A stretch of DNA of 64,000 nucleotides from the human T2T-CHM13v2.0 reference genome, Homo sapiens: assembly GCF_009914755.1 (NCBI RefSeq), contig NC_060939.1; one strand, written 5' to 3'. The notes under the pieces were generated by a model that did not search any database, was not told the origin of the DNA, and worked only from the letters and a program-made list of their open reading frames with translations. This document shows, in pieces, positions 13,440 to 26,979 of this stretch (its first letter is position 1; each line of letters begins with the position of its first letter). A program made the position numbers and the translations under genes.

Positions 13440-14530
13440 CTTACATAATCCCTCTCCTCAGGCAACTAATATCCAATGCATCTCCATGTTCTGTTACTTT
13501 TACCTCGTGAATATTTCTCAAGTTTGTCTGCTTCTCTCTCTGTTGATTGACTTTTCAAGCCACCACCATCATCTCTCACCTGGGCTCCTGCAATCGCCTG
13601 TTAAGTGTCTCCTTGTAGACATTCCTGACCCATCCGTCTGTTTGCCAAACTATAGCTGGGATAGTCTTCTAAAAATAAATCTGGTCACCACGGAAAATGC
13701 TATGGAGGTTCCTCAAAAAATTAAATGTGGAGTTTCCCTATGATTCAGCAATTCCAATTCTGGGTAGATACCCCAAATAAATGAAGAAAGGACTCAAACA
13801 GGTATTTGTACACCCATGGTCATAGCAGCATGATTTACAATTGATAAAAAGTGGAAGCAACCCAAGTGTTCATTGATGGATGACAGACAAAATGTGATAC
13901 ACATAGACACACACACACACACACACACACACAAATATTATTCAGTCATAAAATGGAAATTCTGACAACATGGATGAACCTTGAAGACATTACACTAAGT
14001 TAAATAAGCCAATCACAAAAGAAAAATAGGATTCTACTTCTATGAGGTACTTACTAGTCAAATTCTTAGAGACAGAAAGTAGAATGATGGTTGCCGGGGG
14101 TTGAGGGGAGAGAGAATTGAGAGCAATTGTTTAATAAGTAAGGACTTTCAGTGTGAGAGGAAGATAAAAAGCTCGAGAGATGGATGGTAGTGGTGGTTGC
14201 AGAAAAACGTGAATGTACTGAATGTCGCTGAACCGAATGCTTAAAAATGGTAAATTTAATGCTCTGTATATTTTACCAAAAAAAAAAAACCCACAAAAAT
14301 CTGATCATGTTACTGAAAATACTGTCAAAAAATTGCCTACTCTTCTTAGGATGAAATATGGACCGTTAGCTGAGTCAGCTAGCCTTTGTGCGATTGGACC
14401 TCTGCCCAGTCCTCCCACATCCTCTGGTATCATCTTGCCCCTCCATCTCGGGGCTCCAGCCCATTGCCTTTTTTGGTTTCCGAGGAATCTTGCCTACAGT
14501 CTTCCCTCTGCTTGGGATGTTCTTTACCTA
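13440..14530 (+). mobile_element. L2 fragment split by an L1MB
   Basis: caagccaccaccatcatctctcacctggg; aaatctgatcatgttact; ccctctgcttgggatgttctt. Confidence 0.75.
13689..14296 (+). mobile_element. L1MB 3' end with internal (CA)n
   Basis: tatggaggttcctcaaaaaattaaa...gcttaaaaatgg...A tail; TSD aaatctggtcac/aaatctgatcat. Confidence 0.88.
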
Positions 14531-15809
14531 GACACAGTGACTTGATAAACATGGTAATGTACTGCTGTACACAACTATGATCATGAAACTGTTCATCACG
14601 TAACTTCCTTTCCTTGAAAAGTTTGATCTGTCAAGCTTTTGTGTGGAGGACATTATTGTGTCTCTCTTCTACAGAAGAATAAATCTCAGAGTTCGACTTC
14701 TATCACATGAAATCACTGGCACTTTAATTTTATGTTTCTGCTGCTTCAGTAAATACATTTTCAAGAAATAAATTTTATGTTTATCTAAATATCTAACACT
14801 AAAATATAACACTGAATATTTCAGCAAAAAAGGTGAAAACAGCTGATTATTGATCAGGAAAATGTGAGTTAATCAGTGTTTTATGTTATGGATAGTTAAT
14901 GACATAAAAGAACTGCTCCAAATTTTGGTTTCTGGACATTTATATAGGTATATAGATGTGATCTATAAGTCTATAAGTGTGATTTTTATAGATCTATAAA
15001 TATAACCTATACAAATTTTTAAAATTGTTTTACAGTAAAATTGACTTTTTTAATGGATATAGAGTTCTATGAGTTTTAATATATCTATAGATGGGTGTAG
15101 TCACTACCACAATAGAATAGAGAACAGTTTTATCACTCCCCAAAATCTCACACTTCCCTTTTGTAGCTACATCCTCCCCCAACCCCTAACACCTGGCAAC
15201 CACTGATCTGTTTCCTATCACCGTACTTTTGACTATTCTAAGATGTTATATCAGTGGAATCAAAATCAAACAGTATGTAATCTTTTAAGACTGCCTTTGT
15301 TTACTCAGCGTAATGAAATACTTAACTAGGTTGTTCCATTTATCAGTAGCCCTTTTCTCTGAAGGACATTTGAGTTCTTTCCAAGTTTGCAATTATGAAT
15401 AGGGCCACAATAAACATCCATGTACGGGAGTGTGTGGAAATATAAGTTTCGTTTCTCTAGGGTAAGTCCCCATGAGTGAAATTGCTGGGTCATGTAGTAA
15501 GTGCATGTGTGGCTTTATAAGAAACTGCTATTTTTCTTCAGAGTGGTTGTACCATCTTGCATTCCCACCAGCAATATATGAGAGTTCATGTTCTGCACCC
15601 TCAGTAGCACTTGATATTGTCAGATTAAAAAAAAAATTCAGACATTTTAATAGGCATGATGTGATAGCCGATCATGGTTTTAATCTACATTATCCTACTG
15701 GTAAATGATGCTGAGCATTTTCTCGTGTGCTTATTTCTCATCCTTATCTCCCCTTGGATAAAGTGTCTGCTTAATTCTTTCATCTGTGTTTTAAACTGTG
15801 TTGTTTTCT

Positions 15810-16182
15810 TGATATGGTTTACCTGTGTTCCCACCCAGATCTCATCTTGAATTGTAATCCCCGTAATCCCCATGTGTCAAGGAAGAGACCCTGTGGGAGG
15901 TGATTAGGTCATGGGGGTGGTTTCCCCCATGTTGTTCTCATGATCCTGAGTGAATTTTCATGAGATCTGCTCGTTTTATAAATGGTAATTTTTCCTGTGT
16001 TCTCCCAGGCTTGCCCTCTCTCACCTGCTGCCATGTAAGATGTGCCTGCTTCACCTTCCGCCATGATTGTCAGTTTCCTGAGGCCTCCCCAGCCATGTGG
16101 AACTGTGAGTTCTAAATTACCCTTTATAAATTACCCAGTCTCGGGTAGTATCTTTATAGCAGTGTGAGAACAGACTAATACA
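15810..16182 (+). mobile_element. THE1D MaLR solo LTR
   Basis: tgatatggttt...atctcatcttgaattgtaatcccc...cagactaataca. Confidence 0.92.
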
Positions 16183-16296
16183 CTTACTATTGAGTTTTTA
16201 GAGTTTTTCTTTTTTAATATATTCTGAATATGAGCTCTTTGTTGGTTGTGTGGTTTGGAAATATTTTCTTCCACTGTATAGGTAATCTTTTCATTC

Positions 16297-16589
16297 TTTT
16301 TTTTTTTTTTGACGGATTCTCACTCTGTCGCCCAGGCTGAAGTGAACTGGCGCGATCTTGGCTCACTGCAAGCTTCACCTCCTGGGTTCACGCCATTCTC
16401 TTGCCTCAGCCTCCCAAGTAGCTGGGACTACAGGCACCCACCACCACGCCTGGCTAATTTTTTTGTATTTTAAGTAGAGACGGGGTTTCACCGTGTTAGC
16501 CAGGATGGTCTCGATCTCCTGACCTCGTGATCCCCCCGCCTCGGCCTCCCAAAGTGCTGGATTACAGGCGTGAGCCACCACTCCCTGCT
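16297..16589 (-). mobile_element. AluY
   Basis: Y diagnostics (gttcacgccattctc, gttagccaggatggtctcgatc); TSD ggtaatcttttcattc at 16281 and 16590. Confidence 0.96.
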
Positions 16590-19500
16590 GGTAATCTTTT
16601 CATTCTTTTAATGGCATCTTAGAGAAAAAAATGTTTACCTTTGATAAAATCCAATCTGTTAATTATTTCTCTTCTATAGACTGTGCTTTTGGTATCATGT
16701 CTAAGAACTCTTTGCCTAACATCAGATCATGAAGCTTTCTCCTATGTTTTCTTCTAAATGTTTTGTTTTATATTTAGATTATAAACCACTTTCAATTCAT
16801 TTTCGTTTAAGGGTTTTGGCAGAGGTTCAGTTTTTTGCATAGGAATGTTTGATGATTTCAACATCGTTTGTTGAAAACAGTATCCTTGATCCATTGAATT
16901 GCCTTTGCACATTCCTTAAAAATCTATTGGGCATGTTTATATGGGTCTGTTTCTGTACTGTTTATTATTTTCCATTGATGTATGAGTCTGTACTGTAGAC
17001 ACAAACATGTCACTATAGATTTATAGTTACTGTAGATTTATAGTAATTCTTGAAATAACATAGTGTGAGTTCTCCAATTCTGCTCTTTATTTTCAGCATT
17101 GTTTTGGCTACTCTCCTTCCTTCTTCTGCCTTTCTGTGTAAATTATAGAATCAGCATATCTGTGTCTACAAAAATTTCTATTGGAATTCTGAGTGCAATT
17201 GCAATAAAACTGGAGGTTAATTTTTTAAATGACATTTCTACTATACTAAATCTTCCTATCTAGCAACACAGCATGTCTCTTCCTTTATTTATATCTTTGA
17301 TTTCTTTCAGTTGGGTTTTATAGTTTTCCTGTAAGGATTCTGCACATCTTGTTATATTTACACAAAATATCAACATATTTTTATATTTTATGCTGTTGTA
17401 AATGTTTTATTTTAAATTTCAGTTTCTAATTGTTCAGTGATAGTATATAGAAATACAATGAATTTTGTATGTTGATCTTACATCTTGCAAACTTCCTGAA
17501 ATTTCTTATTAATTTAAGAAACTTTGGCTTCATTTCTCTTTCTTGCTTAATTGCCCTAAGATTTCCAGTATGAGGTTAAATAGAAGTAGTAACAGTTGAC
17601 ATCCTTGCCTTGTACCTCATCTTAGGGAGAAGCATTAAGACTTTCACTATTAAGTATGATGTTAGCTGACATGCTCTTTACCAGGTTAAGGAAGTGCTGT
17701 TCTATTCCTAGTTTTTTGAGTTAAAAAAATTTGCAAACAGATGTTGAAGTTTGTAATTTTCCTTTTCTTTCTCTGCATCAATTGATATGATCATGTGTTT
17801 TATCTCCTATAGTCTCTTAATATGGTGAATAACATTTACTGATGTTTGAATATTGAACTATTAATACAATTGTAGTCACAGGACAAAGTCTATTTAGTTA
17901 TGGTGTATTAGTATTTGTTATATATTTAATCATGTGTATTATATATTTAATTTGATATTTTATTGAAGATGTTTGCATTTATATTCATCAGGAATATTTG
18001 TCTGAAATTTTCTTATATTGCCTTTATTTGGCTTGGGTATCCAGGTAATACTGACATTATAAAATGGATGGGGAGGAATGTTCTCATTTCTTCTCTTTTC
18101 TGGAGGTGATTATGTAGAATTGATGTCAATTCTTCAAATATTTGATAGAATTTAGCTGCAAAAGCAAACAGGCCTGGAGATTTCTTCTTTGGATAGCTTT
18201 TTATCTAAGAATTCACTTCATTTAATAGATTTGGGATAATTCAGTTTATTTGTTGCCTGTTGGGTGAGTTTTGGTAGTTTGTGGCTTTCAAAGAATCCAT
18301 GCGTTTTATCTGAGTTATTGAATTTATGTGCATAGAGTTGTTTGTACTATACCCTTGTTATCCTTTTTAACGTATATGGAGTCTGCAGTGATAATCTCTT
18401 GTGTTTTCTCTCATTTTCTGTTTGTCAGTCTGGATTGAGGTTTATCAGTCTTATTCATCTTTTCGAGAATTAGCTTTTGGTTTCATTAAATTTTTTTATT
18501 GATTTTGCATTTTTTATTACATTGATTACTGCTTTTATTTTTATTATTTCCATTTGCTTTTAGCTTATTTTGTTTTTTTTTTAGTTTATCAACTTAGAAC
18601 ATTTCTTTTTTAAAAAAATTAGCAGTTAATTCTGTAAATTTTTCTCCAAGCATTGTTTTGTTTGAATCTCACAAATTTTAATATTTTGTATTTTTATTTC
18701 ATTCAGTTCAAAATATTTTCTAATTTCCCTGGAGTCTTCTTTTTGGCCCATAGATTATTTAAGCATATTATTTAATTTCCAAGTGTTTGAAAATTTTTCA
18801 GTTATATTTCTCTTAGTAATTTCTAGTTTAATTCTATTGTGTTCAATAGTCAAACGGTCAAATTCTTTTGTTAACATTTGTCTTATGACACAATAATAGT
18901 CCACCTTGGGAAATGTTTCGTGTGTACTTGAAAACACTGTGTATTATGCTGTTGTTGGGTGGGATGTTCTATAAATTTTAGTTAGATGCAGTTAGTTTAT
19001 GACAATGTTCAGTTGTCTGTATTCATGATGATTTTCACTACTTGTTTGACTTATGTCTGAAGAAGGAGTGTTGAAGTCTTCCATTATAACTGTGGCTTCA
19101 TTCTTTTCCTTCAGGTCTATTGGTTTTTGCTTCACTTAGCTTGAGGCTTTGTTGTTAAGTGCATATACATTTAGGATTATTAGGAGTTCTTGATGAATTG
19201 ACTCTTTTACCATTATGTTATGTTCTGTTTATCCCTGGTAATTTTCCTTGTTCTGAAATCTATTTCATCTGATATTAATGTAGACACTCCACTTTTCTTT
19301 TGATTAATGTACACATTTTATATCTTAGTCCTTCCTTTCACTTTTAACCCACCTATATAAAAAGGGTTTCTTAAAGGGAGTACCTGTATATATTTGGGTT
19401 TATTTTTAATCATTCTGACATTTTAAATCTATTATTTGTTATGTTTAGACCATCTAATTTGGGGAACATGGTTATAATAGCTGCTTTGAAGTCTGTTAAC

Positions 19501-20846
19501 TCTAACTTTTATGTAACCTTAGAGTTGGTGTCTGTTAATTATATTTTTTATTGTGATGAGATATTCCTGATTATTTGTATGCCAATTAATTTTGGATTAT
19601 ATTCTGGACATGATGAGACCCTGGGTCTTATTTAAATGCTAAAGAGAATGTTAACTTTGTAATTCTTGTTGCTGTTGTTTTGGCATGCAATCACCCTGAT
19701 TACATTTGGTCTGCAAATTCTCACCTGCCTTCTCTGAGTCTGGCATAATTCCATTTTCAAAGTATTTTCACTGTTGCTGAGAACAGTCCCAGTGGCTAGT
19801 CTGTGGCCCCGTAGCTCAATTCTCAAAGCCTGTGATATGCTGATAAGGTTCAGATTGACAAATGCACAGGTAGGAGGCGCACTCAGGAGTTCATACACAA
19901 CTTTATGGCGTCACGCTCTTGATCCCTGTCCTCTCTGTGATTTCACCAATGTACACTTATTCCCTGCGTCCTCTCTTCTCAGTTCTCTGGCTAGAAATCT
20001 AGAGTTCTATTTTCCCCAATATCATGCAAACTTACTGCAACTGTGCCTACGTCTAGGACCAAGTGACAGGAGGAGACAGAGGCAAAACACATATAGCAAT
20101 GTGTATCCACTGAAAATTCAAAGGACCACAGTTCTTTTTGATAAGGGAGAAGAGTTCCCTTTCCTCAGAGTTTTAGGTGCACGACTGCTGTCATTGCTGT
20201 CAATGCTGCTGCCAGTGCCACTGGAGTGTTGCTTGGGCATCGCTGTGGGAGACAAGAGCAAGAGAAGTCTTCTCCCTGTGGCCTTTCTGTCCACACTTGG
20301 TGTGGATTTCTGGGCTTCAGGATGCCTTTGATTTCAGGATGGATGATCCTGAAGGGAAAAAATGGTAAACTCACCACTGGTTCAGGCAGACTTCAAAGTC
20401 TGTTCTCTTTCTCCATCCACCTGTTATCATCCATGTGTTACAGTCATCAGATAGTTCTTTCTTGCATTCTATTCAAGCATTATAGGTGCGTTCAGTGAGA
20501 GAGACAGGGTGGTGTGTCTTGAATCCATCTTCTCTACAACCACAACCATAGCTTGCATTTTAAAGATTTTTTTGTAATAAGTACAAAATGAATGCCTTTT
20601 CATTGTAGATAATACAAAATATGCAGATAAGAAGAAAGTAAAAATCACCCATAATACTAACATTTCCGCATCACTTCTGTTGATTTGTGTTTTAAGCAAA
20701 ATTAGATCATGTAGTCCATGTGGCTTTGTATTTTTTTTTTTCTTTTCACTTAGTGGACTTATTTTCATGGTAATATACATTCTTCTCCAAGATCACTTTT
20801 CAAAATTGCACAAAAAAGGCAAACATCCCTTCATATGGATGTACCC

Positions 20847-21159
<313 letters not shown>

Positions 21160-22284
21160 GGGATGTACCCTAATTTTTTAAAACCAAGTTCTTGTCATTG
21201 AACATCCAAGTTGCACAGCTTTTATACTGGTTGCAACCAAGGGGTAAGTAGCTGAAGAAGTCGCAACAGGAGTTAAACTCTCTTAAATACTCTTTAGGCC
21301 CCATTCGAATTTTTAAAACAAAAATACGCTATTTTACAACCCCGCCCTAACCGCAGTTAGAAAAATTTATCCTCTGGAAACTACTATAAAGTGCAATGGC
21401 CGTGATTCTCAGAAAACTGGTTAGATAGGACCCATGCTTCAACACAGGAACTGACATCTAAGCACAGAAGTTGGATGCCTGAAAGAAAAGCAGACAGTGT
21501 TGTGTCCTTAAAAATAAATGCATTGCCATTATTTTTATGTGTCTCTGTGCCTCAGCCCCTGCCGCACACGATAAAGATGCAACTGTGTCTGTACTATAGC
21601 GATAAGACACCATGGGGAAGTGCTTGCAGAGGCTGTGTTTTTTTTTTTTAAAAAAGCCACAAAGAACTCCTTAATTAAGTCTTCCTTTCACCCTTATTAA
21701 AATTCGGTGAAGATTACCATGGAATTTGTCCTGTATCTCACAAACAAATCATAACAATTTCATAAGACTTCCTCAGGCTGCCTGGAGTATAGCTTATTGT
21801 TTCACTAGTGTTTTATAAATAGAAAAATGTATATGAAATCCTCCAGCACACCCTTAGAAAGGACTTAGCTCAGCCTGTCTGTCGTGATGACACTGTCAGA
21901 GAACTGGCTGGAAGCTGGTGACTTAATAATGCAAACTAAGGCTTAAAGAATACACACACATACACACATATGTACCTAAGTGTTTGTGTGTGTGTGTGTG
22001 GATGTATGTGCTCATATGACAATAACCTCATATATGGTATTCCGCTAGATGGCAACTTGAAATCATCTCAGTTGTTTTAAGGCTTATAGAAAACTCCAAG
22101 AATACATGGTAGAATAAGCTATGATATCTAAGTATAAAACAGTGGGGAAAAATAAGAAACTTTAAAATAAGAATTGAAGGTCTCACAAAAAATACGAAAC
22201 ACTCTATAACATTAATGCGTGCAAAACCTGATGTTCTGGAAATAAACAGGCCTAGAGTTGAGGTTTGACTATAATACACACGAT

Positions 22285-22515
22285 CATCATAATAACTAAC
22301 ATTCAAGGAGCACTTAGTTTGGACTGAACTCTTTGCTAACCACTTTCTCTTTCATGCCTTTAACAGTTTAAGATTAGTCTATTATTTTTACAGCAAAGAC
22401 ACAGAGGCTTTTAGCACTATTGCATGACAAGTCCCAAATCCCACCCATGTTAAGTTCTGGGTTCAGGATATGAACCTGGGCCTCCCTGACCTCCGGGCCT
22501 TATTTTCAACCACCT
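22285..22515 (-). mobile_element. MIR
   Basis: taataactaacattcaaggagcact...ttttacagcaaagacacagaggct...atgaacctggg. Confidence 0.7.
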
Positions 22516-24084
22516 TTCCTTTTCTTAGCTTCCTTGTTCTTGGCTCAGAAATCCCCCTGCCTCTATGTTTATTTGGTCTCACATCAGTTTTGGTGTTTGG
22601 ATTTCATTACAGTTATGCCTTATTTGGAGAGCATCTTTTAAGGAGTGACAATATTTTTTTAAAAAGGTAATTTTTTAAAAAATTTTCTTCCAATAGATAT
22701 TGGGACAGTTTCAGCAAGTAAAACAGCTCTGCATAGGTGATAGGGCTAAAGGAAAATGTTTTCTATGACAAGTGTTTGTTATCTTTACCTCTTCTCTGCA
22801 CAATGAAGAGAATCCTGCTTGGACCTCAAGCCAGGGGCCCTCTGCAGCTGCCACCTTAGATGCTGGGCCTCACAGTCTGGTGTCTGGACTCTGGCTGCAG
22901 TAACTGGAGCAATGGGGAGGTAAAGACAAAACTGGAAATGTGAGGGTGAGCGTTGCTTTGGAAAGAACAGAAATTATCTGTGGGGAAAAACAATAAAGAT
23001 GGGAAGAAAGCTGCAAGAGGCCAAAAACAAGGCACTGGTGGGCTGGGGGGGGATTTGGGGAGATCATGGGAAAAGGGGTGGGGAAACCTTGGGGTCACTG
23101 AGCCAGGAGACAAAGATGGGGAGGAAGAGGCAAGGGGAAGAGAGTAGTGAGAGGCACTGCTGTGGTTATTCATTGCATCCCCTTTCAGATTCACCTGAAA
23201 ATGGGAGACATGTCTGGCCATGTGTTAATATTTTTCATGGCTGGTCTGCGAGAGTGACTCCAGTCCAAGCCTGGGCTGCACGGGCCCCTGTTCTAAGTGG
23301 TCATTCAAGCTACTTTTTAAATATGTGTTTTCATTTGTACAGTTTTTTAGTTTCATTTGAGATTGTTATCTCTTTTATTGGATTCTAAAATCTTAGTTGT
23401 CAGCATAAACTCTCCCACGGGGAGCCCTGTAGTCTTAATGAACGGAAATTTCTGTGTAAGCAGGAGACAGAAGGCATGGGTGAGATTAATACTATAGGGA
23501 TCATGCTTTATGTTTTACATGCTTTTCTTGAAAGTAGAGTGGTTACCTAAAATGATTTCTAGAACATTGCTGGTATACAGTATATTTAAAATTAATAAAA
23601 GTAAACAGCTGTACTGAAATGGAATAATTATCACATGCAACAGAATTGGCAAACTCCCTAATATATTTTATGCTAATTGTTGATCAGCTACTATGTACCA
23701 GGCATCAGGCTTCATGCCTACAATTCAATGATCAATTTATGAAACAGTTTCTGCTCTTAGGCTCACAGTCTGGTGGTGTAACAACCAGCATGCAGCTCGG
23801 CTTACTTGGTCCTAAAATAACTGTGCACAGCACAGTTTATCCTGGTCTATGGTGAGGGTTCCACTCCTAATAAACTCCACAACTGTGACATTTATAACAA
23901 AAGTTTTGGTAAAGAACAAGGGTTGGGATGCAGTTGCAGACTTGCAAATACAAATGACTTTTCCCAAAGGAATTTCAGTATGAAAAGAGGTCTTGCAGCC
24001 ATAACTCCAGCATTACAAACCTAAGCACCATCAAGCAAATACAACCTTTGCAAATTTGCCATCAAGAAAATAAACCCTAAGGGC

Positions 24085-24365
24085 CTGAAAGAAGGCCCAT
24101 CGCAATCTGGTCCTTTCCTACCATTGAAACAATGCCTTGTTTCTTACTATTCCTCTCAGACACCTCACCCTCCAGATGACTGAAGCATCTCATTCCTTGT
24201 GTAACTGATTGCATTATGATTTCACCTCCCCTAGAAGTGAACTGTGTAAGGACAAAGTGTTTAATATATATGTTTACTGCTATAATCTTACCACTTAGAA
24301 CAGCACCAAGTGCATAGTAAACATTCAATGAATATGTAATAAATAGTCAATAAATCAATGAATTC
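24085..24365 (+). mobile_element. L2 3' end
   Basis: cctcccctagaagtgaactgtgtaaggaca...cttagaacagcacc...catagtaaacattcaatgaatatg. Confidence 0.75.
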
Positions 24366-24521
24366 AAGTCTCAGTTTAAATATTACCTCCTTGATGAAGC
24401 TACTTGTGACCACCCCTGAGCAAGAAAGTTGTTCCTTACTTTGTTTTCCCATTGCCTCTACATATACCTGAGGTATAGCTATGTCCACCCAGATGCAGTA
24501 ATACACTAAATTTTATGTAAC

Positions 24522-24897
24522 TGCATGTTAAGTCTGCTCAGGCTGTGTAACAAAACACAGACTGGGTGGCTTAAGCATCAGGCAGTTTATTTTCTCACAG
24601 TTCTAGAGGCTGGAAGTCCAAGACCAAGGTGCTCATGTAGTTGGGTTCTTGGTGAGGGCCTTCCTCCTGGCTTGCAGAGCACCATCTCCTTGGCATGTGC
24701 TCACACGATATGGGAGAGAGAGAGCTTTGGTCTCTTCTGCCTCTCATAAGGACACTAACCTCATCACGCGGGCCCTACTCTCACGACATCATCTCAACCT
24801 AATCACCTCCCAAAGACCCCACATTCAAATATCATCACTTTGGGGGTTAGGGCTACAACAAATGAATTTTGGGAGGAGTCACATTCAGTTCATAACA
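24522..24897 (-). mobile_element. MLT1A0 MaLR solo LTR
   Basis: acagactgggtggcttaag...tctcacagttctagaggctggaagtccaag...attcagttcataaca. Confidence 0.9.
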
Positions 24898-25453
24898 ACC
24901 TGTTTCCACCACCATCTGGCTAATTCCTCATTTGTGGTGAATGTTTCTCATTCATCTTTGAATCCTGAGCAGCTACACCGAGATGCTGCCCAAATAATAT
25001 TTGAGTACTTACATAAGTATAACCTCATTGTTGCTTACAAATGTTCAAATAAATATGATCTCATTTTCATAGCTGTTCAAATAGATGTGGTTTCATCTAT
25101 CCTATAGATCAAATGCCGTGAGAAAATGTAAAAGGAAGAAATATTTAATTTTTTAGATTTTTTATTTCAATAACTTTAGGGGTACAAGTGATTTTTGGTT
25201 ATGTCAGTGAATTGTTTAGTGGTGAAATCTGGGATTTTAGTGTACCCATCACCTGAGTAGTGTACATTGTACTCAAAAGGTAGTTTTTCATTCCTCGCCT
25301 CCCTCCCATCCTCCCCACTTCTGAGTCTCCAATGTCCATTATACCGCTCTGTGTGCCTTTGTGTACCCATGGCTTAGCACCCACTTATAAGTGAGAACAT
25401 ATGGTATTTCGTTTTCCATTCCTGGGTTAATTCACTTAGAATAATGGCCTCCA

Positions 25454-25518
25454 TTATGTAACAAACCTATATGTCCTGCACTTGTATTCCAGACTTAAAG
25501 TAAAATAAATTTTAAAAA
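25454..25518 (+). mobile_element. Very short L1PA 3' terminus
   Basis: tatgtaacaaacct...cctgcacttgtattccagacttaaagtaaaataaa. Confidence 0.85.
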
Positions 25519-25935
25519 TGCCAAATAGAAACAACACCAGACTTAGATAAGGAGAGACTTTATTTGGAAAGATGATTGCAATAAGGAGAACACTTTGACC
25601 TCAGGATTGGCAAGTGTCTTAAAATCAAACAGAAAAAAGGTTTTTTTTGTTTTGTTTTGTTATGTTTTTTTGTATATAGGGAAGAGTAAGCAGAGATGAC
25701 AGGGACTATGTGGTGGAGGAGGGCAAGCAGGCAGGTGAACAGGTGGTGAAATCAGGTACTTCAACAAGAAATGTTTTGTTTGTGGTTAGCCAGTTCTCAG
25801 AAGGAGCTTTTAAGGGAGGATGTTTCACACCTTAGTGCTTTAGGGCTTGCTGAAACTTAGGGGCAAGCCGAAGTTTAGGGGCCCATGGGGAGGAGAGAAG
25901 CCTGATTAAAATTTGGTCAATGAAAGTTCTGTGGA
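25519..25935 (-). mobile_element. MER31/MER67-group ERV1 LTR, apparently transduced
   Basis: Reverse complement has ttgaccaaattttaatcaggctt near its start, AATAAA, and terminal CA at 25519. Confidence 0.6.
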
Positions 25936-26979
25936 TAAGTAATGGGTGATTGTGAGCACTTGGTCAAAAAGCATGGTTATTTTTCATGAAGACAATTGTG
26001 TGTTTATATGCAATGAGTTTGTTATTTTGTGGATTAAATATTTTTTAAATGTCAAAAAAATGAATAATTGCCTCCAGTTCTATTCTAGTTGTTACAAAAG
26101 ATATTATTTCATTCTTTTTATGGCTGAGAAGTATTTCATAGTCTATGCATCTACCTTTATACCAATACCATACTCTTTTGATTACTATAGCCTTACAATA
26201 TAATTTGAAGTCAGCTAATATAATGCCTCCAGATTTCTTATTTTTGCTTAGGATTGCTTTGGCTATTTGTGCTCTTTTTGGTTTCACATGAATTTTATGA
26301 TTAATTTTTCTAATTCTGTGAAAATCGACATTGGTATTTTGATAGGAATTGCACTGAATCTGTAAATTGTTTTGGGAAGTATGGTCATTTTCATGATATT
26401 AATTCTTTCAGTCCATGAGCATGGGACATATTTCCATTTGCTTGTGTCATCCGTTATTTCTCTCAGCAGTATTTTATAGTTCTTTCACCTACTTGGTTAA
26501 GTATATTCTTAGGAATTTTATTTTCTTGTGGCTATTGTAAAAGGGATTGAGTTTTTGATTTGATTCTCAGCTGGGTCATTGTTGGTGTATAGCAGTGCTA
26601 CTGATTTGTGTACGTTGATTTTGTAACTTGAGACTTTGCTAAATTCATTTATCAAATCTAGGAGTCATGTGGAGGAGTCACTAGGGTTTTTAGGTATAAG
26701 ATCATATCATTGGCAGAGATAGTTTGACTCCCTCTTTTCCAATTTGGATGCCCTTTATTTCTTTGGCCTGATTGCTCTGGCTAGGACTTCCAGGAAGAAA
26801 TGTTCAGATTTTGATTTGAGGCTGAAAACATGTAATGTTTTGCTGTACACATAAAATGCTCAAGAAGTGAGTTTGAATTTGGCATGCTACAAATTCCACT
26901 GGCCAGATTTCTGCAGCCCTCTTAAGGCCCTTGGCATCTTACATGCTCTACATTTTATAAGTTCAACTTTACAAAGTCC

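Larger units (their letters stand above)
15020..20540 (-). mobile_element. Ancient L1M (L1MC/MD-like): 3'UTR, ORF2 remnants and 5'UTR, ORF1 largely missing
   Basis: Endonuclease remnant in ORF 18755-18937 (FSSTHETFPKVD...WKLNN); L1 5'-end text to ~20540. Confidence 0.8.
25148..26791 (-). mobile_element. L1PB 3' portion, 5'-truncated, with internal deletion and nested insert
   Basis: L1PB 3'UTR text; ORF2 remnant in ORF 26045-26287; TSD ggaagaaatattta (25134) / ggaagaaatgttca (26793). Confidence 0.9.

Noticed and set aside
19774-20331. 185-aa plus-strand ORF
   Set aside because: Non-ATG start, antisense to a decayed L1 5'UTR, no protein features
24649-25107. 152-aa ORF
   Set aside because: Spans MLT1A0 and L2 remnants
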